Shown one piece after another: positions 24,597-37,103 of a stretch of DNA of 64,000 bases. The notes beneath the pieces are model-generated. The model was given only the letters and a program-made list of their open reading frames with translations, had not been told where the DNA came from and made no database searches. Each line of letters begins with the position of its first letter. Positions within the stretch are counted from its first letter, which is position 1. Both the position numbers and the translations under genes were made by a program. Source of the stretch: Octopus bimaculoides. Taxonomy: Eukaryota. The stretch spans positions 55,319,370-55,383,369 of the forward strand of contig NC_068990.1 in assembly GCF_001194135.2 (NCBI RefSeq). Direction: 5' to 3'.

Positions 24597-27500
24597 TTAT
24601 CTTTCTCATATCTCCTTCTCCTCCTTGTGCGCATGTGCAGCATCTTTGGTTACAATGGAAACAGGGTTTATGTCACAGTGATGAGTAAAATACTCGCTTC
24701 TGATTGTCTAAAATACCCAAATTTTGCAAATTTTAAAGGTTTGTAACTTTTTAATTATGAATTTATAGGAAAAATGAATTTCATCTTCGTAATTAGTATA
24801 CAAAACTTAATCCATATACCATATTTAAAAACAATTGGAACAAAATTGTAAACTGTGTCGAAAACCACAAAGATCCCAAGATTTTTTTTTTTTTATGTTA
24901 TGGATCCTGTTTACAGCTAGATGGATTAAGTGATTTAAAAGTTAAGAGTCCATAGTGGGGATTTGAAACCAGATCCCTGGGAATGCGGTCAAGCATCACA
25001 AGCCAACCACCATAGTTTCATATTTGTAATTATAGTTGTTGTTATCTGTAAAAGGCCAATGTAGTTTGTTGCAATGTGCGATAATAACATTTTCTGTTAA
25101 ATGTTTGTGGATGGTGTTCAGTTACTTCTACATGCAACCCAAGAAACATTTTCATTCATCAACTCAACCAGTCACCACCACAGACCAGCCTAACAGCCTT
25201 TAGACTGCAACAAGTCTTTAACTATTGATACAATGCTGTACTTGCAACAGGCTACAAACTACTGATCTACCAATTAATTTCACTGACATTCTTTCAACTT
25301 ATTCATATATGTTTAATAGATATCCATAAAATTCCATGATAAATAAATGAATTGAGACCAGCCATGAACAACAGGAAGGAACTACATAAAGGAGACTTGT
25401 TGCTATAGCAACACCAGTCTGCACATGTCACCTTCCTTCCTCTTCCCCTACCTTACCCCATACACAAACATCTGAGCAATGACCAATTCCAGCTACCACT
25501 TCTTTCAAATGTCTTGAAGAAGGGGTCTTCACCTCAAAATATAGAAATACAAGGTAAAACTACAACTTTTTCTTTTCCTTTTGTAGTTTACTTTGTATCT
25601 TCTCGCATTGTTCTGGCCTGACACAACAACCTTCTTTAAAGTCATTCCAGCTATTTGTTGAATGGAAATTCCTACTCATTGAATTATAAAGTCTGAATGA
25701 CTGATTTTTCCACAGATATATGCAGTGGCATAGCCAGAATGTGTGCTGCTCAGGGCAAGTGTTGAGTTTCTTTACATCTAGAACAAAGCTGCAGCTTCAT
25801 GCCAGTTTAAGGAAACCATTACCTCCTTAGAAGAACATAATAGTCTAGAGAATTTGGTATATATTTTTTTTAAATCACAAAATAGAAATCTCATATTTGC
25901 ATTCTGGTTTGAAATGTTCAGTAATATATAGGTGCAGGTGTGGTTGTGTGGTAAGAAGCTTGCTTACCAACCATGTGGTTCCAGGTTCAGTCCCACTGCA
26001 TGGCACATTGGGCAAATGTCTTCTACTATAGTCTTTGGTCAACCAAAGCCTTGTGAATGGATTTGGTAGATGGAAACTGAAAGAAGACTGTCATATATAT
26101 ATCTATCATCATCCTTTAAATTCTGTTGTTCATGCTGGCATGGGTTGGACAGTTTCACAAGGGCTGGTAAGCTGAGGTGCTACACCAGACTCCAGTTTGA
26201 TTTGACATGGTCTCTACAGCAGGATGCCCTTCCTAATGCCAACCCCTCCAAGGGTGTAATGGGTGCTTTTATGTGCCAGTTGTGTGACACCAATACATAT
26301 GTATATATTTCTGTGTGTGTGTGTGTCTGCCGCCCCGCTATCGTATGACAACCAATGTGGGTGTGTTTATGTCTGCATAACTTCAGCTAAAGAGACTGAT
26401 AGAATAAGTACTAAGCTTACAAAGAATAAGTGATGGGGTCAATTTCTTCGACTAAAACCCTTTAAGGCAGTGCCCCAGCATGGCTGCAGTCAAATGACTG
26501 AAACAAGTTTTTGTAAATATGTAATTCTGAGTAACCCATTCACAATAGAATACCTTGGCTGACTTATAGAATAGTACACCTGCATAAGTTGGACCTCCTG
26601 GAACCTTCTTCATTTCTTTGTCACTCTAACATGTATTGATGTTTTTCAATAGTTCCCCCACACCATAAACACATTTTATGGAATGGTAATGCAGTTGTCC
26701 ATTGCTGGAATTCAAGCAACAGCAAAATTTTAACCCCCACCCGCAAAACATAGCTTTTTTAAATCACAGGCATATGCACATACACTCAGCATGAGCAACA
26801 TATTTTGTCATAAGAACATGAAAGAGATTCAGATATATATATATATATATATATAGAAAGAGAGGGAGAGAGAAACGCAGAGAGGAAGTGAGAGAGAGAG
26901 AAATCTTTTCTGTTACTGTCACAGATTTTGAATTTTTACAATTAAAACTGTTCAAATTTTTGGTTTACTTGTCCACGATAAATTCGAGTTTGCGATTCAT
27001 TTATTCCAGAGAAAAAAAAAAGGAAAATGTTACAGAATTTTAAAGTTTGATCATTTTTACCCTATCAGAAAACAGGATTTGGAAGCTAAGTATTTTGTGC
27101 GTGATAAGCTGTGTATCAAAAAAATGAAAGTAGACGAGGTTTTAAAGAAAATGAAAGTTATGCGTGTGAATTAATACATATACAAAGAGAGCGAGTGTCA
27201 AAGAATATGGTAAATAGAGAGATAGATTGATGGTGATAGTGGGAAATTTGTCTATCTAAAGTTGAGTTATTTCTCGTAGAAAATTATATTTTTTTATTAT
27301 TATCTACGAATAATATTGTCTTTCGGACGGAGAATTTGAAAATCAAATTCGTTTTTCTCGAGGATGCACCATTTCAGAGCTTGTCTATGCTAAACGCACA
27401 TCCACTTGCATTTATATAGTAGATGCTGAATATAGCTAGGCAGTTTAATTAAATTAAAATTTCGAACATAAGCCACACCAAAAAAAAGTTTCATTTAATG

Positions 27501-27599
27501 TGGTAAATAGCCAATGATAAAATACTACAGTAAGAGTAACGAAACAAATATACTGAAACAATACATTGTTTGGTGATTGCATTTGAAATAGGTGACGTA

Positions 27600-28560
27600 C
27601 AAAAGTGTCAACATATTCTTAAAAACAAAACGACAATTTACGTATTATGCGATCGAGAAAAATATAAGATATATATTTCAGATGGTATTGCAAAACTAAA
27701 ACTCCTAAAATAGAATAATGAATTTACATGAATAATCATATATTATTCTTGTTAAAATATTTATTTCTCAATACAGGATTTAAAGCCGGCAGACCGGATG
27801 CCCATTCCAGCTTTTATAAATAACATATACGTGCCGCCTTTCAGTTCAACGAACGAATTGAACATGTTTCCTCGTCGCAAATTGCAAACTTCTTCGACCA
27901 GTGAAACTATTTTTTCTCCAAAACTTGGTGGATACAGAACTCCGACTCGAGCACATAATATTTCATATTCTTCATTGAATTCGTTAGTCTTTTTTTTTTT
28001 GTTTTTGTTTATTTCATTTGAAGACTAATAGTTATGCTTAATTCAAAACATTAGTTAGGTCCATTCATTACCGCTTTCGCAACGTGATTTTAAAAAATTC
28101 CGATTTATCTAAATATCATTAGTGGTTAGATCTTAATTACCTACGTTATAATTGTAGATATACCTAAAAAAAAAAAAAAAAATCCAATTGTGTTGGTACT
28201 ATTAAAAAACTTCTCAACATGCTCTCGAAATATTTGAAAACCAGTTGTCGAAAAATTGTTTATTCGTGTGTCGATATTTTCAAATAAAAGAAGTCTGATT
28301 ATCGAAAAGGTTAATTTTGTAAGATAAATTGGCTGTATAGTCAATTGAATTGACTTCAGTATATTATTGATACACTATGTTTTTATTATGCATTGTATAT
28401 TAGTGTCTCATTGTGTTAGTGTTTTTATCGATAGACAGGGAGAAGAAAAAAAAAAGTAGTCGACTGTGACAGCATTCGAACTCTGATATCGAACACCTAT
28501 CAGCAAAACTAGTAAACTGTAAAATTTACCAATGTACCTACAGATCTGGTCTCTAGCTTC
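27600..28560 (+). promoter_or_regulatory. Probable NUP133 promoter/first-exon region, CpG-retaining; includes TATCGATA (DRE-like) at 28426-28433
   Basis: CpG is visibly more frequent than in the CpG-depleted background; surrounds the start codon of a housekeeping gene. Confidence 0.45.
27864..27982 (+). CDS. NUP133: NUP133 exon 1 (MFPRRK...)
   Basis: 'MFP' start as in vertebrate NUP133; |gttagt donor, phase 2. Confidence 0.8.
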
Positions 28561-31500
28561 TTAACTCTCAAAAAAATATTAAAATTGTTGAACGTTAGAG
28601 TTGTCAACCCTTTAAGCTGTAAATTTCTCCCAAGTTATGATTCTTACTAGTTTATTATATTCACGTGGTATTTTCAAAAAGATATTGAACCATCGACCTT
28701 ATTGAAAAGAGCGAAGTAAACAAATTTAAAGAGTTTACATCTTAATCCAATTGTATAGTGTAGTTTATTGCCATAGTATTCCATAATACAGTAGATTTGA
28801 CTATTTCCAGAGAAGTCAACCCGCAGTTTTTTTTTTTATTTAAACTTTCGTCTCAGAAAAAATATAAATTATAAGTCTATTAAGAATATTTAAATCATTG
28901 GCGGAAAGAACCCTGTTAAAACGGAGAAAATAGAACTTATGTCAGTGTCGTGATCCGAAACACTGCCAAATCATTTTCCAAACTTTATAAAAAAAAAAAA
29001 AAAAGTTATTGGAATAAATGCTTATATAGGTGTTTTAAGCATGAACATTTAAACTGTCAATCAGTTTGTTTTAGTATATTTAGATAATTATTAACTATAT
29101 CATATCTTAACAATTAAGATCAAGAAATAGAGATAAAATCATGTTCTGTCATGAGATGATGTGTAAATTATGGGAACTGATTTTGAAATATATCTTGGTT
29201 GGTGGTGTTCAGAACAAGAGTGATTATTGATAATGTATTTTCTTATCTAGACAGGGGTTATTTTATTTTCCAGATATTCTTTTGTTGCCAGTGGGTCTGT
29301 TGAAAAGCTTCACACGCTCCAGACTTATGGAAATCCTATGCCTGTTTTGGTTTCTGAAGCATTGAATATTGCTGAAAGTAAGTTATTTTTCCATTATCCA
29401 ACTTTGCTATAATATTTAGGATTTCTAGCACCCAGCAGATTTGGTAAAATGGTTGATGTTAGGAAGGGCAGCCAGCTGTAGAAACCATGCCAAATCAGAC
29501 AAGTCTGGTGCAGCTTCCTAGCTCTGGTCAAACTATTCAAACCATGCCAGTACGGTCAACGGGCATTAAATGATGATGGTGGTGAAAAACCAGAGTTTGA
29601 CAAAACTAGTGGTGGGTACAGGCATGTGTGTGTGGTTAAGAAGTTCCCATTGCAACCACTTAGTTTGGGGTTCAGTTTCATTGCACAACACTTTGGACAT
29701 GTGTTTTCTACTATAGCATTGGGTTGATCAATATCTTGTGAGTAAATTTGGTGGGAAGTCCATCGTATATACATATGTATGTATGTGTGTCTCTTTGTGT
29801 TAGTGTATGTCTCCCACCAACATTTGACAATCAGTGCTGATTTGTTTACATCCATCCTTATAACAATGGTTCTGCATAAGAGACTGATTAAATAAGTATC
29901 AGATTAAAAATAATACTGGGGTCGATTTGTTCAACTAAACCCTTCAAGGTGGGGTTCAGTGACTGAAACAAGTAAAAGATTAAATATATATCTTTTACTT
30001 GTTTCAGTCATTTGATCATGGCTATGCTGGAGCACCACTTCAAAAAATTGTTAGTTGAATAAATCAACCACAGTACTTAGGTTTTTGTTTTCAAGCCTGA
30101 TACATATTTTATCGGTCTCTTTTGCTGAACTGTTACATTATGGGGATATAAACGAATCAACACTGCTTTTCAAGCAGCAGTGGGGGACAAACACAGTCAC
30201 AAAGACATACACATAGGCATATATATATATATATCCTATTATAAATTTGAGTGATGTTTCTCTGTCCATTATGTTTTTATGTTTGTTAACTCCTTGACTG
30301 TTGGTGCAAAGACAATGAAACTCAAACCAGTAACTCCCCTAATCCCAGGGATTGTCCTAAGGGAGTCTATTTTTTTAACGGCCGCCTAATTGGGGCCCCA
30401 CTGACCTCCTATTTTTACTGCATTTTAAACTAAATACATGGCATTGGTGACCAAATCAGAGCAATGACAATAAATTTCATACCATGAATTCCCAAGGAAT
30501 ATCTTAAGGAAGTTCAGTTTCTGAAGGGTAGCTTAAATGGGGTGCCACTGACCCCACTATTTTTACTGCATTTACCTCACTCCTACGCTTATTGATTAAA
30601 CTATGATCTGCAACAGTGCTTAGCACATTTTCAGAAATAAGTTTGGGCATTCTAAATACCTTCATGTGCATTCAAATCAAGATAAAGAGTTATAACAGGT
30701 ACGTTTCAAGTGTGGTAGTATGGATATTTACATTTTGTAGTTTTTGAAACTTATTCCACCAAAGTTGTTTCTTCACATATTTCATAAAATTGCATATTTT
30801 TTTCATGAAATTTTGCTGAGATACATTTTCCATGGCATACGTTATACTGATGTTGATAACATTAAAATAACTTCTTTTGGAGGAATTTCAGATCATTTCC
30901 CCTTTCCCAATTACCTTTCCTTACAATTCATATTAAAATGCATATTTTTTTGAGAATGTAGATTACATAATATTGATGTTTCAAACATAAATCTGAAAGA
31001 AAAGTGAAAAATGCTAAAGTTACAGGAGTTTGTGGTAACAAAGTGTTGGATAAAGGGAAGAATGGTCTAAAACAACTCGATTATTTTTCTAAATTTTGTT
31101 GGCATAATCTCAATTTACTTCATTGAAAACCTATCTGTGTGTGTATGTTTGTATGTATGTATATATATATATATATATATATGAGAAAAAGAAAACAAAT
31201 TGAGATATAGACATCACTTTATTAGAACATATTCAATTTCAAACAAAAGCAAACTCATAGAACCTACAATTGTTTCCATGCCCAATTAATTCAATAAGAG
31301 AAATTATATCAAATTAAATTAAAGTTTCATAGGCGTAGGAGTGGCTGTGTGGTAAGTAATAAGCGTAGGAGTGGCTGTGTGGTAAGTAGCTTGCTTGCCA
31401 ACCACATAGTTCCGGGTTCAGTCCCACTGCGTGGCAACTTGGGCAAGTGTCTTCTACTGTAGCCTCAGGCCGACCAAAGCCTTGTGAGTGGATTTGGTAG

Positions 31501-34500
31501 ACGGAAACTGAAAGAAGCCTTTCGCCATGATAGATCGCTAACCACTACACACATTTTTTTTCTCTCCTTGTTTCTTTCTGTGTTCCTTTCTGTGGAAGAT
31601 CGTAGGCTCGAAGTGTTAAAGACTTTTTCAATTCCCAAGCGTTATACTAATACATCCATTTGTTTTCTACACCACCTGTCTTCGTCTGTTGTTTTTTTGT
31701 GAATTTTCCCTATATATATATGTATGTGTGTGTCTGTGATTATCCCCCCAACATTGCTTGACAACCAATGCTGGTGTGTTTACGTCCCCGTAACTTAGTG
31801 GTTCGGCAAAAGCGACCGATAGAATAAGTACTAGGCTTACAAAGAATAAGTCCTGGGGTCGATTTGCTCGACTAAAGGCGGTGCTTCAGCATGGCCACAG
31901 TCAAATGACTGAAACAAGTAAAAAGGGAATATATTGAATATAACTAATTGGACATTTTGTCAGGGGAACTTGGATGCTGACATCTTTTTTAAGAGGATTT
32001 TATATCCTTGATGTAATCAAATTATGTATATATTTATAAGTGGAGGCGCAATGGCCCAGTGGTTAGGGCAGTGGGCTCATGGTCGGAGGATCACGGTTTC
32101 GATTCCCAGACCGGGCGTTGTGTGTGTTTATTGAGCGAAAACACCTAAAAGCTCTATGAGGCTCTGGCAGGGAGTGGTGGCAACCCCTGTTGTACTCTTT
32201 CGCCCCAACTTTCTCTCACTCTTTCTTCCTGTTTCTTGAGTAAACGCTGTAATGGACTGGCATCCCGTCCAGCTGGGGGGAGGGGGGCACATATGCCATA
32301 GAAACCAGGAAACCAGGCCTATGAGCCTGGCTAGACTTTAAAAGGGTGCATAAATAAATGAAAATAAAAATATATTTATAAATGAATGAATATATATATA
32401 TGTTACTTGGTGACTTTGCTGATGCTGGTGCTGACAAACACTGAACCTGCTCATCTAATGCTATCTCTACATCACTCCGTTATTCTTCCCCCCCCTCCCC
32501 GCTATACAATGTAAAACTTGACTGGAGGAATCAATCAACCAAGCAATGCTCTCTCTATATATATAGGATCAATACCACTGCATGGCACATTGGGCAAGTG
32601 TCTTCTATTATAGCCTTAGGCCAACAAAATCCTTGTGAGTGAATTTGGTAGATGGAAATTGAAAAAAAATCATGTATGTGTCTGTCCCTGTCCCCCACCA
32701 CCACTTGAGAACTGGTGTTAGTGTGTTTATGTCCTCGTAACTTAGCAGTTTGGCAAAAGAAATTGATGGAATAAGTACCAGGCTTTAAAAAAATAAGTAC
32801 TGGGATCAGGTCAATTCATTTGACTAAAATTCTTCAGGGTGGTGCCCCAGCATGGACACAGTCTAATGGCTGAAGCAATTAAAAAGAAGAAAAGATTATA
32901 TATATATTAAGGATGTTTTTATTCAGTTATTTCATACATACTTTCAGCTCGCTTACAAATTTCTAATTAATGTTTATTATTTCTTCAGCTTAATTGGTGG
33001 TCTAAATATGAGAAATCTCTTAAAATTAAAAATAAAAAAGTTTTACTAATAGATTTATTTTTTTTCTTAATGTTGAACTCAAATGACTTATGTTTTTTGA
33101 CACAATTCTTTTTTTTTTTTTTTAATTGTAGAAATTACAGAATATACTGTCAAGATTGATCCTTCTGGCTGGGCATGGCTTGTTGGTGGTCGAAAATTAT
33201 TTATATGGCGTTACAACCAGAGCAGTTATGAGAAGGTGTGTTATTTGCTTTTCAAATCCCTTCCTCATTTCCCTCACTCATAATTCTTTCCTCTGCCAAA
33301 ACCCCCACACAACTCATCTCTTCCACCCTGCCATTGCAGGCCCTTCCAGTTCTTCTCGCCATCACTTGGTATCTCTCAATATCTCCCCTCACACTTTTAT
33401 GGAACATCACTATATCCTTTGTACAATTTATACTTCCCACCACTGTTCCCTGTGGGTAGGCCCCTCCCTTCTCTCCCTCTCTTACTCTGTTTCTATCTTT
33501 CTCTCCCCCACTTCCTTTCCTTTCCTTGTTCTACTGGGATAGCGAAGTATCTCCTCATCTATATATGTATGTGTGTTAGATTACTTCCATTTCCATAGCT
33601 GCTTTTACAAATTTTAAACTCATGGTCTTCCTATCTGAAAGAGACCTCTAGCTCTTTAACTTTTCAATCACTGTGCCTCATATAACTACTGCGCTAATTT
33701 CAAATAATTAAGTCCATTTGTTCTTTTTCTCTCTCTTTTACAGAGTTCAAGAATTGTGAAAGAACTAACCCTTCCACCGAGTGATTTAGCACATGATGCT
33801 AACAGGGTGTGTGTTATCTGTAATCCAAATGAGTCTCAACAAGCAGCATGTATTGCTGTGTCACCTGAGGGAATTGTTCGATACTGGTCAAGTATTGCTC
33901 ATGAAAGCGCTTTCATTGAAATAAATGCAGAACTGAAAGGAGAAGAATGTGCCTGTGTTGTTAATTTGCAGGTATTTAACAATTTGATTGTAATAAATTT
34001 TACTTTTACTCTTTAGCATTCAGAATGCATTGTCAAATGTAATGCTTATTTATTCACATTGTTTTGAATTTATTATACATTGTCTTGTTATTTCAAGATT
34101 TCAATGATGTGATTGTTTATTTTTAGAATGGACATTGTAGGGTAGGTGTGAGAGGCTGGATCTGGCTGGTTTGAATATATGTAACAGGCACCACATCTGG
34201 AGTGGAGGTGCAATGGCCCAGTGGTTAGGGCAGCGGACTCGCGGTCATAGGATCGCGGTTTCGATTCCCAGACCAGGCGTTGTGAGTGTTTATTGAGAGG
34301 AAACACCTAAAGCTCCACGAGGCTCCGGCGAACCCTGCTGTACTCTTTCACCACAACTTTCTCTCACTCTTACTTCCTGTTTCTGTTGTGCCTGTAATTC
34401 AAAGGGTCAGCCTTGTCACACTGTGTCACACTGAATATCCCCGAGAACTACATTAAGAGTACACATGTCTGTGGAATGCTCAGCCACTTGCACATTAATT

Positions 34501-37062
34501 TCACAAGCAGGCTGTTCTGTTGATCGGATCAACTGGAACCCTCGACGTCGTAAGCGACGGAGTGCCAACAACCACATCTGGGGTGGATATGGCTGGTTTA
34601 AATGCTAAACAGCTAGATTTAATATTTTTTATACAGTTTAACATATGAAAATGATAAGAGTTGTTTAACCCCAGGTCAGTGCTGATTGATTAGACCTCTG
34701 ATCAGATGTGTACAACACATGATCATCTTGTCTGATAGAATAACTAAGACTACATTACTCAATTACTAGGACTACATTTCCAGCTTCTAAATTTTGCTTA
34801 CAAGGTATTTTATTTTCTTCTAAGAGTGTAAGGTTTATTGTGAAAGTGATTTGTCTGCTATTTCTATCGTGGAGTGTGATCATTGCCAGAGCAGCTGTCT
34901 GGCTTCTGTGCCAGTGGCACATAAATAGCACCATTTGAGCGTGATCATTACCAGTGTCGCCTTACTGGCGCTTGTGCCATTGGCACGTGAAAAAACATTC
35001 GAGCGAGGTTGTTGCCAGTGCCTTTGGACTGGCTCCTGTGCAGGTGGCACGTAAAAGACACCATTTTGAGCGTGGCCGTTGCCAGTACTGCCTGACTAGC
35101 CTTCATGCCAGTGGCACGTAAAAGCACCCACTACACTCTCGGAGTGGTTGGCGTTAGGAAGGGCATCCAGTTGTAGAAACTCTGCCAGATCAGATTGGAG
35201 CCTGGTGCAGCCATCTGGTTCGCCAGTCGTCAGTCAAATCGTCCAACCTTTGCTAGCATGGAGGGCAGACGTTAAACGATGATGATGATGACTGTGTAGG
35301 TATTGACAATCAGTGATCCTTCTTCTCCCATGAAAAAAATTACAAGTCCTTTGTAATTAAGAAAGAAGTTTTGCGACAGCTAAAAACCTTGTTTGTACAT
35401 GAAGACAGAGTTGTACTATGCATGAAAAAGTAAAGTACAAACCCGAAAATTCACAACAGTAATATTCATGGAGAAAGTACTTTTGTTCTCAGTCAGTAAA
35501 GCAAGGGTAAGTATTGTGCTTTCAGCATTTCTATGGCCTCAAATATAATTTTAAAAAAAAGTCACAATAGCTTGACCAAGTTAGTGTAGATAGTGTTTGT
35601 TTTAATTTGCAGGTTAAAATTTATTTTTCTGTATCTGTTTTATATTTCAGTTTGTAAATAGTAGTGCTGTTATAGGTTTTTAGCCAGTCAGACACTTTTT
35701 TTTTTTGTTTTTGTTCCTTGCCAAGTATTTTATTGTCAATATACATCAATAAAAGACATATGCACACACAACATATATACACATTAGCAATGAGTTTCCA
35801 CTCAACTTCCACTTAGGAAATTCTTCTCACAAGGTGTTTGTCAACTCAAGGCAATGTGTGTGTGTGAGTGTGCTTCCTTTGCTTTCACATCACATGATAA
35901 TTGTAAATGAGTGCACCATCATACAAAAAAAAAAAAAGGAAGTAAAACACAAGTCAATTAAAGAAAAATTTATATGCTTATTTATTCACATTAGGACGAC
36001 TGTCAGTGGGAAGACTGTCAAGGGCTACTGGAAGGATGCTTGAGGGCCACAGTTGAGAACCACTGCTATATTTATACATGTATATGTAATGTCTGTATAC
36101 ATGACAGTGTGTGTATATACAGCTATTACTATAGATACCATATTTTCCGGCATACAAATTGATGTAGTATATAGTGTAAACATTCGAACATCATCACTAT
36201 TTTTCCAAATCCTGCTACATTTCACATGGGATCTTGGGTCTGAAAAATTTGATTTGTATGCTGGAAATCAGAATACATTATTATCAAATGTTTATTCTAT
36301 TTTCTTTTATTTTTCAGCCTCATGGTTGTATTCTAGCTACTACAACTAGCTCATTTGTTCTTCTTTCTCCAACTCCGGAACAAGTGAGTTTATTATTTGT
36401 TACTATTACTCAATGTTTTTTCATATTCTCTTAATATATTTTTAATTTAATACTTTTAACATTTAATTTCATTTTTATCTATTGATTGTATTTAATGTTT
36501 TAAATTGCTCACTCAGTTTGTCTTTTATTTTGTGTGTGTGTGTGTGTGTAACTTCTGGTCAACTTGGATAAAACAGTCCTGTGATAAAATGCATTCCATA
36601 CTTTAGTTACATGGGTAAAAAAGTGATGCTTTCTGCTGTACTGATGCCCGGCTCAGCATCCCAGTGTTTTGTGGGACATTGTGACAACAATGTCAGTTAG
36701 AGAGCCAAACTAAACCTCCATTGACAATCTTTGAATGAATACAGGCTGTTGTGTTAATGACTTTCCTGAATTCTCTGTTAGATTGTGAGTAGTGGTGTGA
36801 TAGTTGGGCAAATCTGAGAGAGCTTAATCATATAACATCAGATATACGAGGGGCGACTGAAAAGTAGCTGGCTTTGGGTAAAAAAAAATTCAGGAGGATT
36901 AGTTAATTATGATTTTATTTAAAATGTTCCTTTCCCAGATTCACACACTTATTGCAGTGGTCTCTCAGTTTGTCTAAGACCTGTAAAAGAACTCGGAAGG
37001 TTGGGCCTCCAAACAGACCTTTCGTGATTCTCTTAAAGCCAGGAAATTCTCAGTACCCCCTC

Positions 37063-37103
<41 letters not shown>

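Noticed and set aside
27798-27863. In-frame upstream ATG extending Nup133 by 22 aa
   Set aside because: The downstream 'MFP' start matches known Nup133 N-termini; the extension cannot be supported without TSS data
33156-33542. 128-aa ORF overlapping NUP133 exon 3 in another frame
   Set aside because: TTG start, low-complexity pyrimidine-rich sequence, probably an antisense LINE remnant
36600-36830. Possible intronic snoRNA (hairpins, gtgatg/ctga words)
   Set aside because: Boxes are imperfect, with no convincing terminal stem or recognisable guide sequence
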